A stretch of DNA of 64,000 bases, from contig NW_027362761.1 in the NCBI RefSeq assembly GCF_046119375.1, forward strand, positions 819,640,001 through 819,704,000, in the 5' to 3' direction. Both the position numbers and the translations under genes were made by a program. The stretch is from Phyllobates terribilis. Taxonomy: Eukaryota. The notes below the pieces were generated by a model that saw only the letters and a list, made by a program, of their open reading frames with translations, searched no databases and had not been told where the DNA came from. Below, piece by piece: positions 24,207-39,429 of this stretch; the first letter of the stretch is position 1; each line of letters begins with the position of its first letter.

Positions 24207-27200
24207 GAAGACATTGTCTGCGACTATTTTGGAATTGCAATTTGGCACAAAACCAAAAAGCTGCCAAACTGCAGACAGGTCATGTGCAACATGCGTTGAA
24301 GTCTGTGGAATCAATGACCTCCCCATTGACTAATATTAAATGATATGTTATATATGTTGCTGAATGTACGTGACTTACATTGAATTTTATCCTGGAAAGA
24401 TCGCTTGTGATCAGCGACCAAAAAGGAAGCAGGTTTTGAAAAGCTATATCTTGATCTCACTACTTTGCTTTTTAAATGGTTGTCCAGGATTAAATCAGTA
24501 TTCTTTTGGCCCTTTTTTTTGTGAATTATGATGGTGTGCGATGTGCGCACTGTCATGACTCCCCTGTATGCTCTGTGTGAGTGTGCTGCTACATGGCCGT
24601 ATTTATGCCATTTGCATTCTTGTGATCATGTGCCAATTAGTCTCATCACCCGGCTTCTCGCAATACAAGGGAATCTGTGTGACACATCCTAGTGCTGTCT
24701 GTTTTGTTTTTTCGGACAGATACTGACCCATAGAGTGTCATAAAGCCATTCACGCATCAGTTTTAAAAACAGATTCTTGTCTCCGGCCCATGAGACTTAG
24801 ACAATGTCTTGTTCTCATCCGTTTGTGGATCAGACTCCGCTAAGGGATAAAAAACGTTCAGTCTACCTGCTTCTGTGAAGGAATAGACTGCTGCAAATAA
24901 GATGATACATGAGTAAAAAATGATCAATTATTTTCTCTCAGATTGAAACAGTCATGCAGATGTGTGAATGAAGATGTTCTCCCCCATTATTCCCTGTTTG
25001 GTCCATATTTCTGATTACTGGCTACAGCATTCCTGTGTATTATATCTCTAAGGCAAGTAATTGGCTGCAGTGGTCACACATGCTGTAGTCATGACAACAA
25101 AGACCAGGGCAGCAGCAAAGACATGGGTGGGTATTGGTGTGTCTGTTATTTTCTATGGTGTTGTCAGGTCATCAAATCTGTATGCCCACTCTACAGGATA
25201 GATCATCCATAGAAGATTGATGGAAGTCCAACATCCAGCACGTCCGCCTATTTAACTGTTATTTGCTCTGACGGCTGTCAAATGGAAACACTTTGGACGG
25301 AACTCCTGCGCTGCTCCATTCATAGTGTACTGCACTGGCTGCTTCCAGTTACTGCAGCGCAGCTTCTATGTACTATTCTCAGTAGCAGTGCTGCAGCACC
25401 GAGCAAAGGCCGCTACACTTTGTACTGAACTGCGTTTAGGAATTCCATTTGGCTGATTGGTGGGGAGTCAGACCCCCACCGATGTGTTTCTGATAACCCA
25501 TCCACAGGATAGGTAATCAAATCCCTATGCCCAAAAAAAACCTTTTAAACTCGTTTTGATACCCAACATACATGTATAACACATGCTGAGTGCAGGGGTC
25601 TGGAGTAGGCTCAGGTACTCAGCCAGCTGCACACATAGCAGGCGCTGGCTAGGTTACACAGCCAGCATCCACCACTACATCAGTGAATGGATCAAGCGTC
25701 TATCGCTGCTTTTTAAACGGAACTCTGCAACTGATTCTGTTGAGGGAGGGCAATGGCCCTTCACGGTTGACCAAGTGAGTGTCAAATTATTATGTTATAA
25801 GGTTGATTGCAATCCACAGAAAACCAAACGGAGACAGTGCTCTGTATGGGAGGATTCAGAGAATCTCTAATCCCGTTTATTTCTACTTAGCATTTTATAT
25901 TGTTTTGAATATATCGATAGCCAGTCACCTACAGCCGTACTACAGTATTACAGGCTTAGGCCAATGTTAGTGCAATTATTACGGAAACACACATATGGTC
26001 ATGTATCATCGCTAGTTCGGCGCATGATGGAAATTTACAAGGTTACCCATCCTGGCTCAGACTAGTCAGATAACGGGAGCAGGGTGTCTCACAGAATGTT
26101 CTTGTGAGAAAAGGTTAGTGTGGGAAAAGATGCATGAGAAAAGAAGGAAAGAATGTATGTTATGCAAAGAGTATAATAACATGATTTTGAATCAGGCAGA
26201 CAAAATGGAGTTGCTATAGCATGAGTATCACTATGTCCTTTACAATTCTTTCTGGCAAACCCACAGGCAGCCTGAATCAGTCTGGCTGAATGACTGCTGC
26301 TGTGAATGTTTTACTCTGAAACATTGCCACATTTCAGAAAAAATATACGTTGAAAAGTCAGCCGGGGTATATGCACTTCAGATGACTAGCCCAAGACCGA
26401 ACCTTGGAGTCTTCACGTGGCCCTGCTACTTATGAGTGACAGGTCTCTCCGTATATACACAAGGAGAGACCTGTCAGTGTATGGGAGCCGGGCGGAAAGA
26501 AGCTGCTGGGGACCTCCCTTGTAATAGTCATCCGAGACACATAATCCCCAGCCAAATTTTCTCTGAATTGCTGCAATGTTTTAGAGTAAAACATACATGA
26601 CTGCCATAACGTAGCCAGCATCTCATCCATTGGACAGCATGAATCAGCTGATAGGTTATCTTCATTCTCCTTAAATGGTAGAGTCAATTACACCAGCATT
26701 TACATGGAACAACCCCCCTGGCACGCTGATGCAAGGACTCCACATACCCAATAGATTACTGGCCGATCATCAGGATACAGGTACCTCTCCTGACTACCCC
26801 ATACATATTAGACTCGACATCGCTATGTTCAGCCGACATTAGTCTGTGTATCCGGGCCTCAACCCTTGCATCTCCTATTGGTTTTAGAAAAGTGCTGTTG
26901 GGTCAGAGGACTTTCCAAGTATGGCTTTCTCTTTAAACACCGCAGGGCAGAAATCATACAGCCAGTGTCTGATGCATGCTGCTCATGGATCAGGCAGCAA
27001 GTATCTCAGGTTCACTTTAAAGTGGTTTATCAATCCCTTAAAGCACAGTTAATTGGCCCATAATGTAAAAAATTGTGTGGCTGAACGACACTCTGCGTTA
27101 TGCAATGACATTGGGAAGCAAAAGGGGGACATGATCACCAGTAACTATGGAATGGTGAAGAACTAAAAAGGCAAGTATATTATACATTTTTGTTTACAGA

Positions 27201-27464
27201 GTTGACTGTGATTTTTAGTGGTAGGTTAACCTATAATTGCAGAGTGGCGTTTTGACAGCTGCCAGCCCTTTAATTTATTCTTGCACTGTGAGCAGGTCTC
27301 GGGAAGGACTTTCTTACAAGCACGCAGCGTTCACTATTGAACTTTGCAGCGCTCGCAGTGAAATATTACGTCCTGGCCTGGATGTATTTTGTGGGCAGAG
27401 TTAGCGTGTGATGCGCTCCCATCCCTCAGAAGAACACAGCAGCGGCAGCCCTAGCGTCTCTTCC

Positions 27465-27815
27465 TGTGATGTATATACTGCAACCCCTATGTCTCCTCCT
27501 ATAATGTATATACCGCAGCCCCTATGTCTCCTCCTATAATGTATATACCTCAGCCCCTATGTCTCCTCCTATAATGTATATACCGCAGCCCCTATGTCTC
27601 CTCCTATAATGTATATACTGCAGACCCTATATCTCCTCCTATAATGTATATACTGCAAACCCTATGTCTCCTCCTATAATGTATATACTGCAGACCCTAT
27701 ATCTCCTCCTATAATGTATATACTGCAAACCCTATGTCTCCTCCTATAATGTATATACCGCAGCCCCATCTCCTCCTATAATGTATATACCGCAGCCCCA
27801 TCTCCTCCTATAATG
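27465..27815. repeat. 35-bp minisatellite grading into the adjacent 34-bp array
   Basis: Unit ctatgtctcctcctataatgtatataccgcagccc, about 10 copies. Confidence 0.9.
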
Positions 27816-28633
27816 CACATACTCCAGTCCCAGTGTATCCAATGTGATGTATATACTCCAGCCCCAGTGTATCCTGTGTGATGGATATACTCCAGTCCCA
27901 GTGTATCCATTGCGATGTATATACTCCAGCCCCAGTGTATCCTGTGTGATGGATATACTCCAGTCCCAGTGTATCCTGTGTGATGGATATACTCCAGTCC
28001 CAGTGTATCCTGTGTGATGGATATACTCCAGTCCCAGTGTATCCTGTGTGATGGATATACTCCAGTCCCAGTGTATCCTGTGTGATGGATATACTCCAGT
28101 CCCAGTGTATCCTGTGTGATGGATATACTCCAGTCCCAGTGTATCCTGTGTGATGGATATACTCCAGTCCCAGTGTATCCTGTGTGATGGATATACTCCA
28201 GTCCCAGTGTATCCTGTGTGATGGATATACTCCAGTCCCAGTGTAATCAATGTGATTTATATACTCCAGTCCCATTGTATCCAATGTGATTTATATACTC
28301 CAGTCCCATTGTATCCAATGTGATGTATATACTCCAGTCCCAGTGTATCCATTGCGATGTATATACTCCAGTCCCAGTGTATCCATTGCGATGTATATAC
28401 TCCAGCCCCAGCGCATCCTGTGTGATGTATATACTCCAGCCCCAGTGTATCCTGTGTGATGGATATACTCCAGCCCCAGTGTATCCTGTGTGATGGATAT
28501 ACTCCAGCCCCAGTGTATCCTGTGTGATGGATATACTCCAGGCCCAGTGTATCCTGTGTGATGGATATACTCCAGCGCCAGTGTATCCTGTGTGATGGAT
28601 ATACTCCAGCCCCAGTGTATCCTGTGTAATGTA

Positions 28634-30263
28634 CAGTACAGACAAAAAGTTTGGAAACACCTTCTCATTTAAAGATTTTTCTGTATTTTCATGACTATGA
28701 AAATTGTACATTCACACTGAAGGCATCAAAACTATGAATTAACACATGTGGAATTATATACTTAACAAAAAAGTGTGAAACAACTGAAAATATGTCTTAT
28801 ATTCTAGGTTCTTCAAAGTAGCCACCTTTTGCTTTGATGACTGCTTTGCACACTCTTGGCATTCTCTTGATGAGCTTCAAGAGGTAGTCATCGGAAATGG
28901 TCTTCCAACAATCTTGAAGGAGTTCCCAGAGATGCTTAGCACTTGTTAGCCCTTTTGCCTTCACTCTGCGGTCCAGCTCACCCCAAACCATCTCGATTGG
29001 GTTCAGGTCTGGTGACTGTGGAGGCCAGGTCATCTGGCGTAGCACCCCATCACTCTCCTTCTTGGTCAAATAGCCCTTACACAGCCTGGAGGTGTGTTTG
29101 GGGTCATTGTCCTTTTGAAAAATAAATGATGGTCCATCTAAACGCAAATCGGATAGAATAGCATGCCGCTGCATGATGCTGTGGTAGCCATGCTGGTTCA
29201 GTATGCCTTCAATTTTGAATAAATCCCCAACAGTGTCAACAGCAAAGCACCCCCACACCATCACACCTCCTCCTCCATGCTTCACGGTGGGAACCAGGCA
29301 TGTAGAGTCCATCCGTTCACCTTTTCTGCGTCGCACAAAGACACGGTGGTTGGAACCAAAGATCTCAAATTTGGACTCATCAGACCAAAGCACAGATTTC
29401 CACTGGTCTAATGTCCATTCCTTGTGTTCTTTAGCCCAAACAAGTCTCTTCTGCTTGTTGCCTGTCATTAGCAGTGGTTTCCTAGCAGCTATTTTGCCAT
29501 GAAGGCCTGCTGCACAAAGTCTCCTCTTAACAGTTGTTGAATAGATGTGTCTGCTGCTAGAACTCTGTGTGGCATTGACCTGGTCTCTAATCTGAGCTGC
29601 TGTTAACCTGCGATTTCTGAGGCTGATGACTCGGATAAACTTCTCCTCAGAAGCAGAGGTGACTCTTGGTCTTCCTTTCCTGGGGCGGTCCTCATGTGAG
29701 CCAGTTTCTTTGTAGCGCTTGATGGTTTTTGCAACTGTACTTGGGGACACTTTCAAAGTTTTCCCAATTTTTCAGACTGACTGACCTTCATTTCTTAAAG
29801 TAATGATGGCCACTTGTTTTTTTTTACTTAGCTGCTTTTTTCTTGCCATAATACAAATTCTAACAGTCTATTCAGTAGGACTATCAGCTGGGTATCCACC
29901 AGACTTCTGCACAACACAACTGATGGTCCCAACCCCATTTGTAAGGCAAGAAATCCCACTTATTAAACCTGACAGGGCACAGCTGTGAAGTGAAAACCAT
30001 TTCTGGTGACTACCTCTTGAAGCTCATCAAGAGAATGCCAAGACTGTGCAAAGCAGTCATCAAAGCAAAAGGTGGCTACTTTGAAGAACCTAGAATATGA
30101 GACATATTTTCAGTTGTTTCACACTTTTTTGTTAAGTATATAATTCCACATGTGTTAATTCATAGTTTTGATGCCTTCAGTGTGAATGTACAATTTTCAA
30201 AGTCATGAAAATACTGAAAAATCTTTAAATGAGAAGGTGTGTCCAAACTTTTGGTCTGTACTG
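28634..30263 (-). mobile_element. Tc1/mariner DD38E copy 2; nonsense codon at position 26
   Basis: TA-flanked with the same TIRs as copy 1. ATG at 29849, TGA at 29772-29774, remainder open (28797-29756). Confidence 0.95.
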
Positions 30264-30331
30264 TATATACTCCAGGCCCAGTGTATCCTGTGTGATGTAT
30301 ATACTCCAGCCCCAGTGTATCCTGTGTGATG

Positions 30332-33300
30332 TGTAATGCACACGCCCGGACTGACTGGCGTGTGCGTGTATATGTAGTGATTCCAATGGACCGTACCGGA
30401 GATTGAATGCCTGGAGGGGCGTAACTAAGTATCCACCCGATTTGACCAAGGTCGCACGACGGCATACGACGCCAGTGCACCAAGGAGGGACCGAGCAGAG
30501 GGACCAGGTGCTACTCCAGGTCAGTCCCTGGACACGGCTGTTGACCCACACCGGGGAATACAGGAACAGGCAGGTTAGGCTGGCACACAGACTGGTGGGT
30601 ACATGCAGACACGGCAGGTATGCAGACGGGTGGATGCTGGCAAGCACGACTGTTATGCAAACAGGGAGGTACTGGCAGGTATGCAGGCAGGTTGATGTTG
30701 GTAAGCATTACTGGTATGCAGGCAGGGAGGTACTGGCAGGTACGACAGGTTGGAGCACAGAGTGGATAGGACACAGTACAGACTGGGACTCAGGGAGAGA
30801 ACCGCAGATGCGGTGGACAAACACCAGAGGGAGGCCGTCCGGAGCGGTGAGCAAGAGCAGAGCAAGACGAGGCCACCTGGAGCAGCGAGCAAAGGGTCAG
30901 AGCAGAGCGAGACTGCCGGAGCGGCGAGCAAAGGGTCAGAGCAGAGCGAGACTGCCGGAGCGGCGAGCAAAGGGTCAGAGCAGAGCGAGACTGCCGGAGC
31001 GGCGAGCAAACGGTCAGAGCAGAGCGAGACTGCCGGAGCGGCGAGCAAAGGGTCAGAGCAGAGCGAGACTGCCGGAGCGGCGAGCAAAGGGTCAGAGCAG
31101 AGCGAGACTGCCGGAGCGGCGAGCAAAGGGTCAGAGCAGAGCGAGACTGCCGGAGCGGCGAGCAAAGGGTCAGAGCAGAGCGAGACTGCCGGAGCGGCGA
31201 GCAAAGGGTCAGAGCAGAGCGAGACTGCCGGAGCGGCGAGCAAAGGGTCAGAGCAGAGCGAGACTGCCGGAGCGGCGAGCAAAGGGTCAGAGCAGAGCGA
31301 GACTGCCGGAGCGGCGAGCAAAGGGTCAGAGCAGAGCGAGACTGCCGGAGCGGCGAGCAAAGGGTCAGAGCAGAGCGAGACTGCCGGGGCGGCGAGCAAA
31401 GGGTCAGAGCAGAGCGAGACTGCCGGGGCGGCGAGCAAAGGGTCAGAGCAGAGCGAGACTGCCGGGGCGGCGAGCAAAGGGTCAGAGCAGAGCGAGACTG
31501 CCGGGGCGGCGAGCAAAGGGTCAGAGCAGAGCGAGACTGCCGGGGCGGCGAGCAAAGGGTCAGAGCAGAGCGAGACTGCCGGGGCGGCGAGCAAAGGGTC
31601 AGAGCAGAGCGAGACTGCCGGGGCGGCGAGCAAAGGGTCAGAGCAGAGCGAGACTGCCGGGGCGGCGAGCAAAGGGTCAGAGCAGAGCGAGACTGCCGGG
31701 GCGGCGAGCAAAGGGTCAGAGCAGAGCGAGACTGCCGGGGCGGCGAGCAAAGGGTCAGAGCAGAGCGAGACTGCCGGGGCGGCGAGCAAAGGGTCAGAGC
31801 AGAGCGAGACTGCCGGGGCGGCGAGCAAAGGGTCAGAGCAGAGCGAGACTGCCGGGGCGGCGAGCAAAGGGTCAGAGCAGAGCGAGACTGCCGGGGCGGC
31901 GAGCAAAGGGTCAGAGCAGAGCGAGACTGCCGGGGCGGCGAGCAAAGGGTCAGAGCAGAGCGAGACTGCCGGGGCGGCGAGCAAAGGGTCAGAGCAGAGC
32001 GAGACTGCCGGGGCGGCGAGCAAAGGGTCAGAGCAGAGCGAGACTGCCGGGGCGGCGAGCAAAGGGTCAGAGCAGAGCGAGACTGCCGGGGCGGCGAGCA
32101 AAGGGTCAGAGCAGAGCGAGACTGCCGGGGCGGCGAGCAAAGGGTCAGAGCAGAGCGAGACTGCCGGGGCGGCGAGCAAAGGGTCAGAGCAGAGCGAGAC
32201 TGCCGGGGCGGCGAGCAAAGGGTCAGAGCAGAGCGAGACTGCCGGGGCGGCGAGCAAAGGGTCAGAGCAGAGCGAGACTGCCGGGGCGGCGAGCAAAGGG
32301 TCAGAGCAGAGCGAGACTGCCGGGGCGGCGAGCAAAGGGTCAGAGCAGAGCGAGACTGCCGGGGCGGCGAGCAAAGGGTCAGAGCAGAGCGAGACTGCCG
32401 GGGCGGCGAGCAAAGGGTCAGAGCAGAGCGAGACTGCCGGGGCGGCGAGCAAAGGGTCAGAGCAGAGCGAGACTGCCGGAGCGGCGAGCAAAGGGTCAGA
32501 GCAGAGCGAGACTGCCGGGGCGGCGAGCAAAGGGTCAGAGCAGAGCGAGACTGCCGGGGCGGCGAGCAAAGGGTCAGAGCAGAGCGAGACTGCCGGGGCG
32601 GCGAGCAAAGGGTCAGAGCAGAGCGAGACTGCCGGGGCGGCGAGCAAAGGGTCAGAGCAGAGCGAGACTGCCGGGGCGGCGAGCAAAGGGTCAGAGCAGA
32701 GCGAGACTGCCGGGGCGGCGAGCAAAGGGTCAGAGCAGAGCGAGACTGCCGGGGCGGCGAGCAAAGGGTCAGAGCAGAGCGAGACTGCCGGGGCGGCGAG
32801 CAAAGGGTCAGAGCAGAGCGAGACTGCCGGGGCGGCGAGCAAAGGGTCAGAGCAGAGCGAGACTGCCGGAGCGGCGAGCAAAGGGTCAGAGCAGAGCGAG
32901 ACTGCCGGAGCGGCGAGCAAAGGGTCAGAGCAGAGCGAGACCGCCTGGAGCGGCGAGCAAAGGCAGAGCAGGCAAGAACCGCTGGAGCGGTGAGCAAGGC
33001 AGAGCAGAGGGGACAGGGCTCTGTTAACACGGAGCAGACAGGAAGGGAAAGGCAGAACCAGATACCCACAGGGTACTTGCAGTGAAGTAGCGAGTGGACC
33101 ACAAACTCACAAACGGAAGTACAGTGACAACGAGCAAGAGTTAGGTACGAGTTCAGACTCTACAGAAAAAGGAAAGATATGGGCGTAGAGAGAAATGGGA
33201 AACAGGCTGGAAGATGGTTAGGGCAGGAACAGACACTGGGAAAGGACACAGACAACAGATCTAGGTATGCGGCCCCTAGAGGGCAGAAGGAACAGGCTAA

Positions 33301-33721
33301 GAGCGTGTTCACACGGGCCTGGAATTACAGCCTCCAGGAAAGGCAGCTGGCTAGAGTACACAGTCAGGACACAGTTCAGACACGGGAACTGATACCGCAA
33401 GGCAGGAAACATAGACAGGACCTGGCACATCAGTGACTAGACGCCAACTGATAGAACAAGATGCTCAGGCAAGGATTCCAGGGAGGAGCTGGGTTAAATA
33501 CCAGGTGACAGACACCAATAGGCTGAAGAAGCATCAGGGGTGTGTCTGCAGCAGCTACAAGAAACAGGAAGTTCAGCGGGCGTCGCCCTAAGCAGACAGA
33601 GCAGAGCAAAGCAGACCATATGGAAAGAAGCCAAAGTGATAGTCTGGACTGGAAATCAAGTGCGCGCTCTTGCACAGTGGGAGATGGACCACTATGCAAG
33701 GACGCAGCCAGGTATGTTACA
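30332..33721 (-). mobile_element. Probable solo LTR (Ty3/Gypsy-like) inflated by an internal 39-bp tandem array
   Basis: Termini TGTAAT...GTTACA; TATA-like tatttaa on the minus strand near 33495; no gag/pol; no clean TSD seen. Confidence 0.55.
30865..32980. repeat. 39-bp GC-rich minisatellite, about 54 near-identical units
   Basis: Unit gagcagagcgagactgccgg(a/g)gcggcgagcaaagggtca; source of the 747-874 aa ORFs. Confidence 0.97.
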
Positions 33722-34779
33722 TCCAGTCCCAGTGTATCCTGTGTGATGTATATACTCCAGCCGCAGTGTATCCTGTGTGATGGATATACTCCAGCCGCAG
33801 TGTATCCTGTGTGATGGATATACTCCAGCCGCAGTGTATCCTGTGTGATGGATATACTCCAGCCGCAGTGTATCCTGTGTGATGTATATACTCCAGTCCC
33901 AGTGTGTCCTGGGTGATGTATATACTCCAGTCCCAGTGTGTCCTGTGTCATGTATATACTCCAGTCCCAGTGTATCCTGTGTGATGGATATACTCCAGTC
34001 CCAGTGTATCCATTGTGATTTATGTACATCAGTCACTGCTTGAGTTCTATAAATGTAATGTGAGCAGTGATGAAATTCCCACTGTGAGGAGACCTGCAGT
34101 GTAATATACATCTGTGTTCGGTAAGACTTACTGCTGTGAGTTCTTTACAAAACTTATCATTGCAAATAGTCGCCTGCGCTCTAGACCAACGCAAATATGG
34201 AAAATCAGTTACGAGTAGCAACATCATCCATAATACCTAACATGACAGGCGCGCCAAAGAGAACCACTTCCAGCTATCACATTCGGGGTGAGTTAAATAA
34301 ATGTTTGACCAAATATAGCAGGGTAATTTTCAAGTTGATAATTTTGTACGGCCCCTGAAGGATGGAAAAAATATCCAAATGACCCTTGGCAAAAAATAGT
34401 TTCCCTACCACTGCATTAGACAGTGAAAAACAGATCACGCTAGGATACTCGTATAACATCCGTGTGCTGTCCATTTTTTTCCAGACTCATTGACTTGAGT
34501 TGGCAATTTTGATCTGCAAATTGGATCAAAATTGGATATGTAACTTTTTAGGGGAGACCAATGCTTCCAAAACAAAAAATGGACATGTGTGCAGCTCCAT
34601 AGACTATAATGGGTTTGTGAAAAAAGGATTGAATAAGTACAACAACACAAGTATAAATTAGGCCTTACTGTGAGTATGCTGTATTATTTCTTTCTTAGTA
34701 GCTAAGGACCCAGCCATCTTTTTGGCTCAATGAGCAGTTTGTACCCTGTTTAGTACTGACCTAAACAATTATTATGGTA

Positions 34780-35766
34780 CTAGATGGTTGCCCGATTCTA
34801 ACGCATCGGGTATTCTAGAATATGCCCCATGCAGGATGTGACTCCCTCCCCTTCCCCCCCCCCCCCCCATATAATGCGCCATGCAGGATGTCACATCCCC
34901 TGTCCGTTATAATGCCCCATGCTGGATGTGACACCCCCCCCCCCCCTCCCTTATAGTGCCCCATGCAGGATGTCACATCCCCCGTCCGTTATAATGCCCC
35001 ATGCAGGATGTGACATCCCCCCCCTCCCTTATAATGCCCCATGCAGGATGTCACATCCCCCCCATGGTGCCCCATGGAGGATGTCACATCCCCCTTCCCT
35101 TATAATGGCCCCTCCACGATGTCACACTTCCCCACCCCACCATTTAATGCCCTATGGCCCCATACAATAAAAAAAAATCCAATACTCACCTCACTTGTCA
35201 GCTGCTCCTCTGGACTCCAGTGTAGCCGGCATGTTCCTGCTGTGCGCTGTGACCGGTCAGGAGAGAGCGCAGTGTAAAGACGTCACCGTGCCCTCTGACC
35301 TGACACGTCACACAGCAGCAGCGGAAGGCACAGGAGCTGCTGTGCAGGCACGGGGAGGGGTAAGAATGACCCCGGGTGTCGGGGTCCAGAGTGAGCGGGG
35401 GGGGGGAGGGGAGAGGAGGAGAGGAGGGGAGGGGTAAGTATGGCGCCGGGTGCCGGGGTCCTGAGCGAGCGGGGGGAGGGACAGGAGGAGAGGAGAGGGG
35501 AGGGGCGTCACTTTTACCGTCCGGAGATAAGCGGCCGTAGCCGCTGATCTCCCGACAGTTGCCGCATGGGGGTCAGCGGCGCCTCCGGTCGGGGGACGTA
35601 TGCTGCGAGCAGCCGGCTTCATCGCCGCTCACCTCCGTGCGGCAGATCAGCCGCTAACGGCCGCCATCTTTTTGTAAAATGCCGCTCGCTGATTGCCCGC
35701 GGCCGGACCAATCAGCAACGCGGGATTTCCTGGACAGACAGACAGACGGGATAAGACAATTATATA
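34780..35766. mobile_element. Probable non-autonomous Helitron-like repeat with an internal satellite and GC-rich core
   Basis: Begins actagatggttgcccg, contains repeated atgccccatgcaggatgtcacatcccc, and ends (gaca)n...ttatata[Tc1]tagatag. The class assignment is from pattern memory. Confidence 0.4.
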
Positions 35767-37358
<1,592 letters not shown>

Positions 37359-39049
37359 TAGATAGATAGCATTGGAGCTGTTGGAATCTGTATTAGGTGA
37401 GGTCCACCTTGTGGTCGCTTTTGGAATTTATCATGAAGATATTAAAAAGTGAGACTCCTCAGTGCTTAATACCTTTTAATAGCTAACGAAAAAGATGGTA
37501 ACAAATGGCAGGCTTTGGAGTGTACTCAGGTGTCCATCAGGTAAAGATATTTTTCATGAAGTTATGTCATTTAACCCAATTCCCTGCCAATGGTTTCTTG
37601 ACAATTTGCTCCTCTACAGCCAGGACAAATAAAACCAAAGTTACTAAATAGTGATCTCGTATTAACCCCCCCCAATATCAATATAACTTCTGAAAGTACA
37701 GTAGACACCTGGCACATCGTCAAAATGCCACTCAGGCAACTTTTGTAATCTTTTATCAAAATGAAATCTTTTAATTTTTTTGTAAAAAAATATATGCTTG
37801 TGTCTAAAAGTATGGTCCCCCAAAAATTAGATACACCACAGCACTTTAAAATAAGTGTTTAATGTGCAGAGTACAAACAGTAAAATTTCTTTTTGTTGAC
37901 AGTGCCAAGTCAGCGTAAGAATACCGAGGCTATGTTCACATGCAGCGTTTTTGTAGTGTGTGTTTTTTTTTGTTTTGTTTTTTCCTGTAACCAAAATCTA
38001 CTCTCTTGGCAGAAAAAAATGCATTCCTGTCGGTGACAAAACCCCTGAAGTGATTTGCTGCAGATTTCAAAAACGCTGCCGTTCTCAAATCCAGTTAGGT
38101 AAAAAAAAATGTGTGTGCAATAATATTTCTGAGCTCATAAAATTTCCTTATTTGCCCAAAAAAAAAACGCTTCCCAAAAAACGCAGCAAAAATACTACGT
38201 GCGAACATAGCTTTAAGGTTAGGTTCCAACTTGCAGTTGTTTTTTTTTCATTGTGTTTTTGAATGCATTTTTTTTACATGCGTTTTTTTTTTTTTTTTTT
38301 GTGACGTGTTTTTACAAAACGTTCTTTTTGTGTTGGATACTTTCTGGTATTTCGTTGTGGCAAAACTTTATTGAATAGTAATGTACATATTACATGCTTT
38401 TTCAGTGCATTTCTGCAGTGGAAACACACTAAAATCGCACATGCGTTTTCTACTTGCTGGATTTTTTTCAATTAAAATGAAATTTTAGCCCAAAATTTTT
38501 CATTTTCAAAAGGAGTAAGAGTAGAAAATAATTTAATTTCTCTCAAGTACAGCAATACCATATATGTTGCATTTGCAGAGCATGTAAGTTATTATTAGTA
38601 CAGAGGAAAGGAAACCCACCAAAAGTGACCCTATTTTATCAAAAGGGGTAGCAACTATTTTAATCCTAAAAGTGTCTCCAAGAAATAAATGTGCGGTAGA
38701 TAGCAAAAAAGGTGATCATTTCACTTTTTTCTCAATTGCAGTTTATGTTCTTAATTGTACTGACCCACAAAGTAAAAATTTAACAGAATTTCAAATGTAT
38801 GTAGTTTTATTTATGTTTTCCTATATTTGCACAATAAAAATTCTTCGGGGGAAAAAAAAAACGTAATTACTTACCGGTAATTGGATTTTTCAGAACCAAT
38901 AACAGCACCACGGAGAGAGTGGATCCACCCTTCAAGGACAGGAAACCTACATGATAAAAGGGTGGTACCTCTCCCTCGCATCAGTTAGATTACAGAGCAC
39001 GAGAGGACCTCCAATAGTTATTACAACAATCCAAACACCATTACACCCT

Positions 39050-39428
39050 TAGGCTATGTGCCCACGTTGCGGAAATGAAGCAGAAAATTTCTGCTTCATT
39101 TCTGCATATCCTTTCCCGGAAAAGCCCTTGCGGAATTCCGCAAGCGTTTATCGCGTGTTTTTCGCTCGTTTTCGACATGCGGAATTGCCTTGCGTTTTTT
39201 ATTGCATTGGAAAGGCAATTCCGCATGCGGAAACGCAAGATTAATTGACATGCTGTGGATTTTTATGCGCATCAAAAACGCTGCAGAAAAATCCGCAGCA
39301 TGGGGTTAGAACTTGCGGATTCTCATTGAGGACCATGGGGTGCGGATTACCAAGCGTTTTACAAGCGTTTCCGCTGCGGAAATTCCGCATCAAATACGCT
39401 TGTAAAACGCTACGTGGGCACATACCCT
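39050..39428. mobile_element. MITE inside the DIRS remnant
   Basis: AGGCTATGTGCCCACGT...ACGTGGGCACATACCCT|TAA. Confidence 0.75.
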
Positions 39429-39429
39429 T

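Larger units (their letters stand above)
27815..34020. repeat. 34-bp minisatellite split into three blocks (27815-28633, 30264-30331, 33722-34020) by two insertions
   Basis: Unit cagtcccagtgtatcctgtgtgatggatatactc recurs on both sides of each insertion. Confidence 0.93.

Noticed and set aside
25583-25870. 95-aa ORF with an internal caa|gtgagt donor as a further exon or second viral gene
   Set aside because: No recognisable similarity and a weak acceptor context; it cannot be supported without expression data.
26430-26687. 85-aa minus-strand ORF near the viral-like gene
   Set aside because: Short, with no motifs, and no extension in neighbouring frames.
30403-33102. 747-874 aa ORFs on both strands
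   Set aside because: Products of a stop-free 39-bp (13-codon) tandem repeat.
35190-35730. GC/CpG-rich stretch with a gtaagt donor as a gene promoter
   Set aside because: It lies inside what appears to be a dispersed repeat (34780-35766) that ends at the Tc1 insertion site.
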